DNA of 63,321 bases, filler included, from Klebsormidium nitens (GCA_000708835.1; 3 parts of 3 records of this genome joined end to end with filler, not necessarily neighbours in it), one strand, 5' to 3'; counted from the first letter of the whole stretch, positions 37,332-49,197 are shown. Numbers and translations are program-made. Notes: a model not told the origin generated them from the sequence alone.

Positions 37332-40300
37332 ATGGCCGAGCAGAAGGCCGATCTGAAAGCCGTTCGAGCCCGTCAGAGACGCGAACCCGGCAGAGCGCGC
37401 TCGGAGGACACGCTCGACGATGTTTTAAAGGCGGATGTGGATTTCGAACCTCGGCGCTGGGATTTGATGGACGGTAACTTCATCCGGGAAAAGCCACCCC
37501 CTAAACCGAAGGACACCCACAAGCAGAGCACGTTGCCGGAATGCCTGACCTCCGTCCAATCAGCAAATGCGGTGAGGCATGCCTGCGATAAACGCTCAGA
37601 AACTAGATGATGGAAAGCTCTTCCCTCACCCGTGCCCGCAGCTGACGACGAGTCTGCGAGCCTCGTCTTGCTCCCTACATTCCCGTCGGACCTCATCACC
37701 CCAAAGCTTGCCTCTCTTCTTTGCCAGTGCAATCATTGCATTGGTCCTCTCCTCAGCTTGAAGCGCTCGAGCAGCGTTTGCTTTTGCCGCCTTTGCGAGC
37801 TTCACCTCTTCCACGGAGTTCGTCATCGATATGTATGTTCACCACCGGAAATGTCCGACTGGCCTTGAACGTGCGGACCGTTCTGGGAACCCTCACCCTC
37901 GTGGCACATGAGGCGCTCCACGAGTGTGTTCTGGAGGAAATCCTATCATACCTGCAGATTCTGCCGCGAGTCGAATTCAACTGGAGGACCGAGGCGCAGA
38001 CCAGGCCAGGCCAGGAGCAAGGCAGGTGAAGCATCTGCCTCCAGCCTCTCGACCGCTTCGCTTGAGGGGCGGGGCAAAGCCCCTAGCAAAGCGCCATCGC
38101 GCCCCCCCCCCCCTTAGTTGTCAGTGCTTACGGATGCCAGTACTTTGCGTGCACATGTATCGTTCAATTCCCTCCCTTTGCAAGCTCGTGTTGTATAGGT
38201 CTGTCCTGGAAACCCATTTGTGAATATCTACATGTGTACATTTTCTTGCGGATTCCGAAATATCATAGGTCCTTTTGACTATCTGTCACACTCTTCCTCA
38301 GACGCGCACACCCGCAAGTCGAGCATACTCCCGCCATGAGCGAGCAGGCCGCGGAGCTCATGGCCAACAACAGAGAGGGTCTCCGCGCCTACGAGGTGGA
38401 AAGGGCAGCTGAGATCGAGGCCGTGCGGACCGGCCCCATCAGCAAGCCGGGCCCCTCAATCAGCTGCATGGGGGATCTGGCCGCCGGCATCGGAGCCAAC
38501 AGAACGACTCCGATCACGCAGGAGCGATCAACGCTGCGGGACTGGCTTGTCACGCAGGAAGAAACCCCCGAGGTAGGAGGCTCGTTTCGTGCTCGAGCGC
38601 GAGAGGCATGGTTCTCAAAAATTCAGTAGATTCTTGCGAAGAAGTATATAGACTATAGAACTAGATAGGTGACAAAAATCTACTGCTGAGTCTTTGGCAG
38701 GAGGAGGAAGGCGGAGGGCCAGACGCTGGCTCGCAGGCCAGCAATCGGTTGGGGTCCTTGCCCAGGAGTGAAAGGCTTATGGACCCAGTCAGCAAGCCAG
38801 TCAGTCCCCCTCTTGACCGGCGCACTCCCTGCTGGCCCCACAAAACAAACCGTTTTTACGTCTATGTTGAATGAGGTTTATTGAGTACTCTGTCAACCCA
38901 TGAGAGCAACATGTGCGGGGACTTACGGGTTCATTAAATGCATGCCTGGCAACCCCCTGAGCCTGGGATCCCCTGAGCCTACACCTGCTTTCCGAGCATC
39001 GAAGGTGCCATCGCCATCTCAATTGTTACACCGTTCCAAGCAAGTAGAAGCAATAGCTACTGAGTTGTTGGCCTGGTGCACATGGACATTCAAAGGTCGT
39101 TTCGAATTTTTGCAGCAGCTTCCGTCCGACGCAAGAGGCGAGAGCATCGATGACACCATGGAGGGCTCCGCAGACGGTGGTGACTCTGAGGCAACCAACA
39201 GCAAGCGTGAGGACGTGAGCATGTGTGTGCAGTCACGACCGGAGATCGACGCTGCAGGACAGTATTGGTTCACCACGGAAAAGCCGCTGGAGCAGTGCCG
39301 ACGGACGATGGCGGCTGGCGAAGACCGTATCTTGATCGTCTGCGACGTGTCGAATCACTCGGGGGCGAAGAAGTACGGCAGCATCCGTGACCCGTCCGCC
39401 CTGCAGGACTACGTCACGCGCCGCAAGGAGATGAGCCTCGGCCACCCCAATCTGTACGAGGGCTTGACCGAGGGCCTGCCGACCAAGCTGTACGCGGACA
39501 TCGATCTGCGGACGGCAAGCAAGGTGGCGGGGGACTTCGAGCGGTACAAGAGACACCTGGACGAAGTGAGAGACGCCTTCCTGGTGGACGTGCTAGGCAT
39601 CCCACCCGAGAGCATCCGGTTCGAGGCCAGCGAGGCGCACGGGGACGCGGCCGATGGCGGTTACAAGTGGAGCATCCACGAGCTGTTGCGCGGATACTAC
39701 CTCGAGAACTTCCACGCCCGCAACGAGTTCAAAAAGGCCTTCGAGCACTTCCAGAGGAACCTCTCCGCGCACCTCCAGCACTGCGACGAGTACCTCTGGC
39801 ATACGCCCGACCCCCAGACAGGCCCCAAGCTGATCTGGGACCCCTCTGTGTTCGCCAAGTTCAAGTGCTTCCGGATGCTCTACTCCCGAAAGAGGGGGTC
39901 GGACCGGCCCCTGCTCCCCGTCGAGGGAAGCTCCCCGCAGCTGCTGGACCACCTGGTGGGCATCTACTCGGCGGAGGAGCTCGCGTCTCTGACGAAGATC
40001 GACGTTGGAGTGCTGGAGCGGTACAACCAAGAGGTTGGGGTGGACGCGGGAAAGCGGCGCGAGATCCCTCGCCGTCACACTACCCGGGTCGCGGTGGAGG
40101 GGGGCTCAGTCGAAGGCGGAACTCGGGACGACGCGTTAGGCGCGCCTCTGACCGCGCATGAGCTGGAGCGTCTGACGAGCGTTTACAGGGAGGACCATCC
40201 CGGGGCGGAGATCCGGACCACTCTGCAGGTCGCCACCGACGTCTTCACCCTTCACTTCCGCATCCAGCAGCCGATGTGCCGCATCCTTGGGGCCGCGCAC

Positions 40301-43155
40301 GACAGCGACGGGAACAACGGAGGGTACCTCGTGTATAGGCGGAGCGATCCGACGGTGGCCTACTACAAGTGCCACTCCGCGCGGTGCAGGTGAGCTTGCT
40401 GGTTACCGCGGGCTGGCATGCGACTTGGTGCAGGACATTGAAATCAGTAGATTTTTGCGACTATCTCTATAGACTATGGGACTATATAGGTGACAAAAAT
40501 CGACTGCGTGACCGTCACCCGGAAGGATGGAGGAGGACCGCCCGCTGGGTGGCAACTCCTGACTCTTTGCAAACTCTGTGCGAGCACGTGTGGCATGCCT
40601 CCATTTCTTGCAATGGCACCAGCTGGCACACGCCCCTCTCCAGCTAGGACTGCCGCTGTGCAAGAACTTGGAATCAGTAGATTTTTGCGACTATCTCTAT
40701 AGACTATAGGACTATATAGGTGACAAAAATCTACTGGGTGACCGTCAGCTGGAAGGATGGAGGAGGACCGCCCGCTGGGTGGCAACTCCTGACTCTTTGC
40801 AAACTCTGCGCGAGCACGTGTGGCATGCCTCCATTTCTTGCAAGTCACCAGCTGGCACACGCCCCTCTCCAGCTAGGACTGGGCACCGCTGTTTAGGAAT
40901 TCGGAATCAGTAGATTTTTGCGACTATCTCTATAGACTATAGGACTATATAGGTGACAAAAATCTACTGGGTGACCGACAGTCGGAAGAATGATGGAGGA
41001 CGGCGCGCCAAGTGGCAACTCCTGACTGAACAGCTTGGTCTCCATGCAGTGGTACCGTGCGGCGGCTGCAGCTCCAAGTCCACAAAATACCCGGGTGGTC
41101 TGAGGACTATATGGATTCGAGCGGCATGCGGTCGTACCCCCTATTTGACATCAAGAGAGGAGCCCCGAAGCACACGGTCTTGGTGACAGCAAATAAAGGC
41201 ATTGGGAAATCGAAGGAGAGCTACGATTGGCTGTGGAAGATGCTGCAGCGGAACGAGGGCGTGGGTGTCGTCATCATTGCTGCCAACATTGCCCTGGCAA
41301 AGAAGTGTGAGTCGGACCTGCGGATCGAGTGCGAACGCAAGATGAGAGCGGGCCTCTGCCTGTACGGGCTCGACCTGTTCGTCAACTACCTGGACGCGCC
41401 CGGTGGCGACATCAAACAGCCGAGGGTCATATCCTGCATCAACTCGCTCCACCGAGTGCGATCCAGCCCGGCGATAGTCATCGTCGACGAGGCGGACATG
41501 GTGCTCGCCAACTGCAACTCCGACGTGATGACGAACCGGAAACAGGTCTTCATGGCCGCTGAGCGCATCATGGGAAACGCCCGCATCCTCATCGCGATGG
41601 ACGCGCACATCGACTGCCCAAGGGTCCTCGAGTGGTTCTACATGGTTCGTCCGGACAGTGAGCTGCACTCGATCCGGAACGCCGGCGTACACCCGAGCCA
41701 GCTGGGGAGGACGGCCACCATCTACCGACTGCCGAAGTTGAAGAACTTGGAGCTCACGTGCGCCCCGGCCGTTGCGCGCACCCTGGAACTTTTGAAGAGC
41801 GGCCTGAAAGTCGGGGTGAGTGTCTCAAAAAATCAGTAGATTCTTGCGACCAATCATATAGACTATAGGACTATATAGATTGCAAAAATCTACTGCTGAG
41901 TCTTTGGCAGGAGGAGGAAAGGAGGAGGACCACACGCTAGGTTGCAATTCGTGTGGCCGGTCGCTCTCGAGTCAGAGCTCTAACCCTGGTCGCACATGCC
42001 ACAGGCACCCTCGGCTAGCCTGCGCTACGTGAAGCAGCTGACGGAGGCCGCCGCTTCAGAATTCGGGCCATCAAAGGATGTGAAGGCATTCCACGGCGCG
42101 CAGAAGTCTCCGGAGGACAAGAAGCGTCTGTTTCAAGCCGTGGCGGAACCGGACGTGCACATGCTGGCGGATTTGATGACCCACACATCGGTCATAGGCC
42201 CGGGAGTATCAGTGGAGAGGCCTTGGTATGACACGGTGGTGGCGCTGGCTTACAATAGCTCCTTCCACCCGGACGTGTTCGCCTTCATCCAGATGCTCTT
42301 TCGGCTTCGCATCGCGGGGCCCATGGATATCTACCTCAGCGCCGACAACCCGCGCAACTGCCAGCCGGCGTGCTTGCCCACGACGAAGGAAGACGTCTTC
42401 CGAGCGATCGAGGATGAGGACGAGGAACTTCGCAAAATGCTAGGGTCCACCGACCACCTCGACTTTCTTGTCAGACGACGCGGCAAGCGGGCGATATGCA
42501 ACCGGGAGTCTGCCACGTGCGTGTTGTACGCCAACAACGTGCTCGCGAGATGCGACAGCATCCGCCACTACCTGAAGATCATGACGGAGGATCTGCAGAA
42601 GCAGGGGCTGACGGTCATCGAAAAGGGAGCACCGTGTGTGGAGACCGAACATGCTCCACCGGAGGCTTGCGATCCCGATGCAGAGCTGACGGCTGAGGAG
42701 TGGCGAAACAAGTACGTGGTTCACGGGGACCAATACTCGCACCTCAAGGTGCTGGAGGAGTCGCAGGACGTTGGCTTACTCGAGCTGAAGCAGATCAAGC
42801 TGTACGAGGCGATCCATGAGTTTTACAAGGTCGACCCCGCGCTGGTCGACTTTGACTTCTTCGACGAGTTCTGCGCGGAGGATGACAAGAATCACGACAT
42901 GTATGGGAATTACATGAGGTGAGCATTGACTCAAGGGAGGGAGCTTTCCTACTAAGCTGATGGCGTTTGATTGGTTGTCCGGTGGAAGCTTTGTCCCTGC
43001 AATGATTATTGTCGAAACATTCAATCGATGCTTTTACTATTGCCTCTCACAGGTTCCGCGAGCTCTCCCGCGACCAGATCGCTGCGGGGCTTTGCAATCC
43101 GCTGAAGGAAGCCGATGCGGTGGGCGTTACTCAAGACTATCTGGCGGAGCTGTGA
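37332..43155 (+). CDS. AEP (PrimPol-like) primase fused to a herpes UL9-like origin-binding SF2 helicase, spliced, over 1250 aa, 3' end possibly truncated
   Basis: Phase-consistent exons 37332-37571, 37757-38025, 38302-38572, 39116-40389, 41050-41815, 42005-42918 and 43053-43119/43155. AEP motifs: KLYADIDL, SIH, WDPSVFAKFKCFRMLYSRK, then a Cys/His segment (C..H...GGY...YKCHSARC). Helicase motifs: VTANKGIGKS (Walker A), ISCINSLHRV, IVIVDEADMV (Walker B), LIAMDAHID, FHG, THTSVIGPGVS, QMLFRLR. The first two exons are less certain than the 39116-42918 core. Confidence 0.8.
38624..38685 (+). repeat. 62-bp hairpin element, copy 4 (intron 3 of the primase-helicase)
   Basis: CAGTAGATTCTTGCGA...GTGACAAAAATCTACTG, followed by CTGAGTCTTTGGCAGGAGGAGGAA as in copy 8. 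Confidence 0.9.
40445..40969 (+). repeat. Tandem array of ~230-bp units making up most of intron 4, with hairpin copies 5-7 (40445-40506, 40675-40736, 40908-40969)
   Basis: Near-identical units with periods of 230 and 233 bp. Confidence 0.93.
41834..41895 (+). repeat. 62-bp hairpin element, copy 8 (intron 5)
   Basis: CAGTAGATTCTTGCGA...TTGCAAAAATCTACTG, starting 18 nt after the donor at 41816. Confidence 0.9.
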
Positions 43156-43280
43156 CGATTACGTCTGGTTAAGCCTAACCTCGTTCTCGTCAGGATTTCG
43201 TTAGCTGCTTGTTAGCGAAACGACAGCGGTTACGTCTTAACGGCGCGCTGTGAGACCGTTGATGTACGGCGTTCTATCCA

Positions 43281-43380
43281 NNNNNNNNNNNNNNNNNNNN
43301 NNNNNNNNNNNNNNNNNNNNNNNNTTAATTAATTAANNNNNNNNNNNNNNNNNNNNNNNNNNNNNNNNNNNNNNNNNNNN
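43281..43380. other. 100-bp scaffold gap with artificial TTAATTAATTAA linker (43325-43336)
   Basis: N run with the same linker as at 20328. Confidence 0.95.
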
Positions 43381-43565
43381 CTCGGCCGGTAATCTCGGCG
43401 GTCTACCACTAACCACACACTAGTGGACTAACCCTAGACTCTATCCGCGGCGCGCGCGCCGGGCTTGCAAGCCGGCCGCGGCTCGCCCTATCGCCGCCAC
43501 GTGGCACGTCTGCGCCACGTGTCGCTATCTGGACACTACCCGGCACGGACCGCCCTCGGCATGGC
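43381..43565 (-). mobile_element. Fragment of the Gypsy terminal (LTR-like) sequence
   Basis: Reverse-complement match, roughly 80% by eye, to 60280-60461 (for example CTCGGCCGG..ATCT.GGC.GTCTACCACTAACCA.ACACTAGTGG and ACACTACCCGGCACGGAC). Confidence 0.75.
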
Positions 43566-43879
43566 ATTTCAAAGATATATTTGTGCAGAGTCAAGGTTTC
43601 CCTCAGCCTTTAGTAGTCCGCCTCATCGAGACCTACGGGGGCGTTCGACGGCTAACAAATAGTGGACTGAATAGTGTTCTTCCAATTTATCGGAATCGAA
43701 TGCCAGCTTCTGATTTTACAGGAGTTTTAGGGTTGCGCCGCCCGGAACTCTCGACTTCATTTCTATCCATCGCTGAAAGCTAGGGCTCTCTTCAAGGCAG
43801 TTGCAGGTCTCCATTGCGTCCAACATTTGCAGCTCCGAGCGCTCATCATGAGAGAAAAACGGAACGTGCTATGTGCTTT

Positions 43880-44565
43880 TAATGTTGAGGCCCAAAGGTA
43901 GCTTTGCAAAAGGAGAGGGCGCAGGCTCAGGCAGAGGGAGCTTCGGAAATGAAGGAGGCGCAGGCACTGGCTCAATTGTTGGAACCAACAGTCCATAACT
44001 CTCATCTTGCTGCTAGAGTTGCAGCTTATACCCAGGTGCCACATGGTTTCGATTTGGTTCATATAGACCCTTTTTAGTTCATTGACTACAAGGCGGCGCA
44101 AAACGACTCGGGTACTGAAGAAGCGGAAGAGAAGAAAGCAAGGGTTAGAGCGTATATTATGCACATCATCAAGGGGAAGTCGCAGCCACTTTTGCAGCAA
44201 ATTATCACGCGGGTGAGTTTGATGACGATGAAGTTCTAGACATTATGGCCTTGAAGCATTAGAAAGTGCAGGAGTTGGAGGCCATTCTTCAGGAAGGTGC
44301 ACAACAAAACGAAGTGCCTGCAGAGGATGGGGCAAAAGAGCAAGCGATTAGTGAGTGGGATTGGACCATGAGACCAGGGACCGGTGCTGATATGTTCGAT
44401 CTGCTAGCAGCAATCCAGCCGAAGCCCTCTTTGGTTGCAGAAATGGAGGACATTACGCTTGAGCCTCCGACGGAGGGGCAGATGGACGAGCTTCAGGGTT
44501 TCATCCAAGAACTTGCACACCAGAATAGAATGCGGGCACAGGATGGGGCTCAGGTGGAGAGATAG
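43880..44565 (+). pseudogene. Degenerate acidic/coiled-coil coding fragments
   Basis: Protein-like segments (QKERAQAQAEGASEMKEAQALAQLLE; QELEAILQEGAQQNE...MDELQGFIQELAHQNR) interrupted by stops. No domain recognised. Confidence 0.35.
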
Positions 44566-45218
44566 AGCAGCCAATGTTGAGAAACGGAGTTGATTGACGG
44601 CCAAATTGTTGGTTTAGGCTCGATAGATTTGAGCCGTAGGATCGTGAGTTGTGTCGGGTAATATCGACAGTCGGATTGCGGTTTGTTGTGTAATATCGAC
44701 CGTAGAATTAGAGGTTTGTGTCGTGGAGTATCGATCGTCGGATTGCGTTTGAATCGGATTCTGGATCGTGAGATGTGAGTCGAATCGAGTAGAATAGTAC
44801 CCCGACCACTAGTATCTAGTACGGTACTACCGACCACTAGTAGTATAGTGCCCCGGTCACAAGTCCTAGTGGAATATAGGCCGTATTGACAATTGTGAGT
44901 GATAGAGTGACCGGTTGATGGAAAGGAGTCCATATAGTTGAACCGACCAGTGGGTGGTGGAAGTAGATCCGATCTTGCTAGAGTACACCTAGCTACGGGA
45001 TTGGAGTGACTTTGGACTATTATCATGTGACGGTATTCATTCTAAGAGATGCTTGAGAGGAAAAAGGCGCTTCTTTGTGAAGGCGCTTATGTGCAAGGGT
45101 GGTTTGACCCTAGCTTGTGACAAGCATGAGTGGTTGATGTCAACAGCCAAGGCGTAAATCAGTATATTACAAGGAGTTACGAAGCGCCTCCAAAACTCTC
45201 GGGGACAAGGGAAGGCCG

Positions 45219-46768
45219 GTGGCTGGGGCGGCGGTGCTTGCTGCCAGTCCAGCTACAGCTGGCGGCACTGGAAAGGAGAAGGCACAAGGGGGTGCTAGCA
45301 GCAAGGCCGCGATTGGCAAGCATGCAACGACCGCGGGTGAGCAATCCGCTTTCAAGATTTCCAAAGGACCGCATGGGTTCATTTCCCACACTCTGATGTA
45401 TGATCGCTCTTTGGTATACAGTGCGGTCAATCTCAGCTCTAAGCAGCTTATTCCGTTTTCGTGGCAGACGGTTTATTTACAAAAAACGGGTCATGAGTGC
45501 GCTAGGATATTGCACTATTTCAGTTGGAAGCAGCTTATATGGGTCTCTGCTGACTCGAGCTCGAATTCTTGTTTGGAACCCCGGTGCACATGCTCAATAT
45601 GGTGGGCTTTCATCTTGAGTATATATGCACTTGCGGAGACGTTGTGGGCAAAAGGGCGCAAACCTCAAGGCAGCGACAAGCGGCAAGGGAAAGGCACTGG
45701 AGAGTCATACTACACAGGCTGGCAAAGGTACGGAAGTCATGTTCACCTCATTCCGCAGTTCCTACGAGCTTTGGATTTTGAATCTTTGGATATGGATCAA
45801 GCGCACGCTCTACCTTTTGGGCTTTTGCCAGGTTGTGCTTTCATGTTTCAAGCAAGATGCTTCCGGTTAATTCATTGACCATGTTTCGAAAGGCTCCAAG
45901 CGTAAGGCGCCGGAAGGCGCTGCCTCTGGCAATCCCCAACTAGAGAAGAAGGCGCGTCGGTACAGGCCGGACACCCTAACTCTTAGGGGGATCCGCAAGT
46001 ACCAGAAGAGCACGGACCCGCTCATCCCGCGGCTCTCGTTTGCTCGTCTCGTGCACGAGCTATGCGATGCAGAGACTGCCCGGCGACCTGGTACCAACGA
46101 AGACGGCAAGTTTAGGCATGCAGTTCCACCTGGCTTGGAATGCCTAGGTGTTGATACGGCGTGAGCTGAAGCAAGTGGCTAGATCGATCGACGTCTCCAA
46201 GTATGGACGTGGAATATTCAAAAGTGAGCAATTCTTCTTATTTTTGAGAATCGTGCGGATTCGAGGCTGTCACCCCTTTATCATCGTGCTGATCCGAGTT
46301 GGCAAGCTTGCCTCTAGGTAAAAGGCGTCGGCGTTGGACGCCCTGATTAAGGTAAGTCGGGACTTTGTCGTAGGGTTGTTCGGTGACGTGATCTTCTGCC
46401 AGGCGCACGGCAAGCGGAAGACCCTTCACACGAAGGATCTGGACCTAGCGCGCAGGATCCGCGGGATTCGGAACGAAGACAACACTCTGCCCTTGCAAGC
46501 CGCCGTGGAGCACGGCCTTGGGCACAAACGTGAGAAGGTCGGGTACGAGCCCGGCAAAGCGGATGAAAAGAAAAGGAAGTCCGCAAAGCAAACCGAACGG
46601 GAGGCAAGAGAGAGGGCGACAAAGGATGTTAAATGGGTTCAGAAGGCGGAGTTGCAGCGCCAGACGCGAATGGCTGCGGAGCGCGCGGCTCGGGAAGCTG
46701 CGCATGGGCCTCAGGGAGGGGCTAAAAGGTCAAAGCAGAGTGGAAAGAGGGAGAAGAGAGCGGCTTGA
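45219..46768 (+). pseudogene. Divergent histone H3-like gene with Lys-rich N-tail and coiled-coil C-extension, premature stop
   Basis: About 45945-46115 reads [39 protein letters not shown]. After an intron, 46318 onward reads R*KASALDALIKVSRDFVVGLFGDVIFCQAHGKRKTLHTKDLDLARRIRG, aligning to H3 helices aN, a1, a2 and a3. TAA at 46319-46321 falls where W or F is expected. Confidence 0.75.
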
Positions 46769-47988
46769 GAGGGGGGCCAGAACGTCGCCGCGCCAAAGGG
46801 ACGGTGAAGTAGCCTACTAATGATGAGTTGCTATAGGGCGGAAACAATAAACATTGTGCATAAGGGTTCGTCGTCTTGACTTTCGTGATGTAGTGGATCT
46901 CCATTCGTGACAGCATATATAATACTTTTTACAATGGCATACACCAACCAAATTGTATCGATTGCAAAATCAATTTCCCCAATCAAATGACTTGCTTGGA
47001 TAAGGTCACACGATCATGATGTAAGCACGTCGACATGCATCGTACAGTGAACGTTACATACGAGTGGCCTATGTCGGGATTTCTTGGAAACTCCCTCATT
47101 GCATTTCGGGTATTTCGGGGCAAGGTCTCAAAAGACAAGTGGTGCTTGGCAACTAATGTTATCTATTGACGCCGCCTTGCTACGCTACTTGCAACTATCA
47201 TACAACCTCTAGCACGAACGAAGTTTGCTGCTTGCACCGAATGTACAGCTACGCACAATCACAAATTCTATGCTCTTAGAACGTATTTGGGATCTCGTGC
47301 ACGCTATACTGCTCACTTCACAACAGCCCGTGCTTCAAGTGCCATTAGAACAGACTTACTTTCTGCTTTCTATTTTACCGCTTGTGTGTATAAACGCAAT
47401 CGTTGTGTACAATTTCGCACCTTTCCTAAAGTTTGCATACGGCTCCTGTTGCACGCACCGGTCAAGCCACTTTCTTCTCTCCTCTTGCACCTTCCTTGCA
47501 CGATTATGTCCCTTCCCGACGCTTCTTCCGGCTTCCTTATCCCCCTTGGACAACTCCACCCCTCTCTAAGCCTCCTTCTCCGCTTTCTCCCCCTCCACTT
47601 CACCCGAGTTGGAGGCTTCGCTCTCTCCTCCAGGCTTCTCCTTTGCTTCTTTTCCCCTCTTCGTCCCCCGCTTCGACTTCCCTGCGCCTCACTAGGATTT
47701 CTCCAACGTTCCCTCCACCATCTCGGCACGCACCCCAGACGATTTAGCCCCTACGCCAGGCCCCTGCTTCGCTTTCGTCTCTTTGCGTTTCTCAGGTAGC
47801 TTCTCTGTTTCAGCCCCTTCTTCCGGCCCCTGCGCTGTTTGTTTTGCCTTTGTTTTTCCCCTCCGACTTTTCAGTCGCTTTTTTGGGTCGGATCGGGTCA
47901 TGAACGAAAGCAAGGCGGGTTGCATGCTCCCAAAACCATGAAACTTAATAGAGAAAGCTTTTCAGTCCAAATAAACGGCTGCCCATCA

Positions 47989-49197
47989 TCAAAAAAACTT
48001 GCCGGAGGTCGTTCTGTTCGAATACTTGTTGCACAGGCGCTTCACGATCCGAGCGAATGTGCTTCGTGGAATGAGGAAGTCCGTGCTCTTCTGTTTCTTC
48101 CTAAATTCTCTGAGAGCTAAGGTGCCTAGCTTGTACCGCCGCAGCTTCTTCTCGGGCCGAGAGGGCGTGGTCGCCGCCGATGCTTTCTGCCTGCCTCCAA
48201 CCACCGCCTTTCCACTGCCTCCCTTCGCGACCTTCTGCTTCCCCTCCCCAGCTGCCGGGTTCTCGATGGCGCCCGTCGGTGCCACTTTCTTTCTTTTTTT
48301 GGCATCCCTTGAGCCCTTCTGCCCCGTGGCCTCTACTGCCTCCGGCTTACCTGCAAGCACCGCCGCCCAAGCCACCGGCTTCTTGCCCCCCACCACGCCC
48401 CAGACGCTTGATGGCTTCCGACGTGTTGCTTTGCTTCGCCGCTTCTTTTGAGGCTGCTTGCCGGCCGTCACAAGTTCTCTCGAGATCTTCCCGAAGCTTT
48501 TTATTGATGCCTTGTGCTTCTTGTGCTGCTCCGCTGGGTCCACTTCCCAAACAGGCTCTCCCAACATCGAATGCAGCTCCTCCCTTCTTTCTTCCTCAAC
48601 CTCTGCGGGCGCTTCCTCCCCTCGTGCATGCTCCATGAACATCAGGTTTTCTTGGAGCTCCGATTTGGTGGGCGCATCGGGATCGTCTTCCCCTGCATTC
48701 AAGTGTCCGCTTTTAGGAGGATCGTCCTCATCAGGTTCTGAGTCTTGGAAGGGTTTTTCAAATGGAGCATTGTTCCGTGCAATTTCGTCAAGCTCCGCCT
48801 GGTATTCTTCTGGGATCATAATGCCCCGCTCCTTTTGGACTTCTTCCGGAGCCCCTTCCTCTGTCTGCACGGTCACTGGCGGAGGAGATTGCTCCCCGCT
48901 GACTCGCTCTGCAAACTGTGCTTGATAATGAGCTTCTGCCTCCGTTTTATTCTCTCGAGACCACTTTTTTTGCGCAGCTAGAGTTTCCACGTATGACAGA
49001 TAATCCTTTGGTCCCCAGGCGCCTCGAAGGCCAAACTCTTCACGCTCTAGTCTGTCGATTGCAGGTTCGGACTCACTCGGGACTTGCGCCTTCCCCGAGT
49101 TCTCATAGTTACCAACTTCATCCTCCGGCGCGGCCACCTTCTCCGCTTGGTGGCCCCGTTGCAATTTTGGTCGCATGCTGATGCGCGGCCTTTGCAA
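47989..49197 (-). pseudogene. Second H3-like gene: ~340-aa acidic then basic N-terminus plus H3 aN/a1, fold incomplete
   Basis: The ORF ends in KKLRRYKLGTLALREFRKKQKSTDFLIPRSTFARIVKRLC and stops at a T7 run. Helices a2/a3 are not recognisable. K/E-rich degenerate frames continue to about 47356. Confidence 0.7.

Noticed and set aside
39233-40375. Several long overlapping and antisense ORFs over the primase exon (likewise over the KUP, TMEM209 and copia exons)
   Set aside because: Expected by-product of GC3-rich codon usage, with no independent motifs.
40445-40969. Repeat-spacer pattern resembling a CRISPR array
   Set aside because: The spacers are near-identical, the period is about 230 bp, the context is a eukaryotic intron and there are no cas genes.
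44600-45030. Degenerate short direct repeats (GTAATATCGAC, CCGACCACTAGTA) and a 158-aa minus ORF
   Set aside because: Low-complexity decayed repeat. The ORF merely reflects the repeats.
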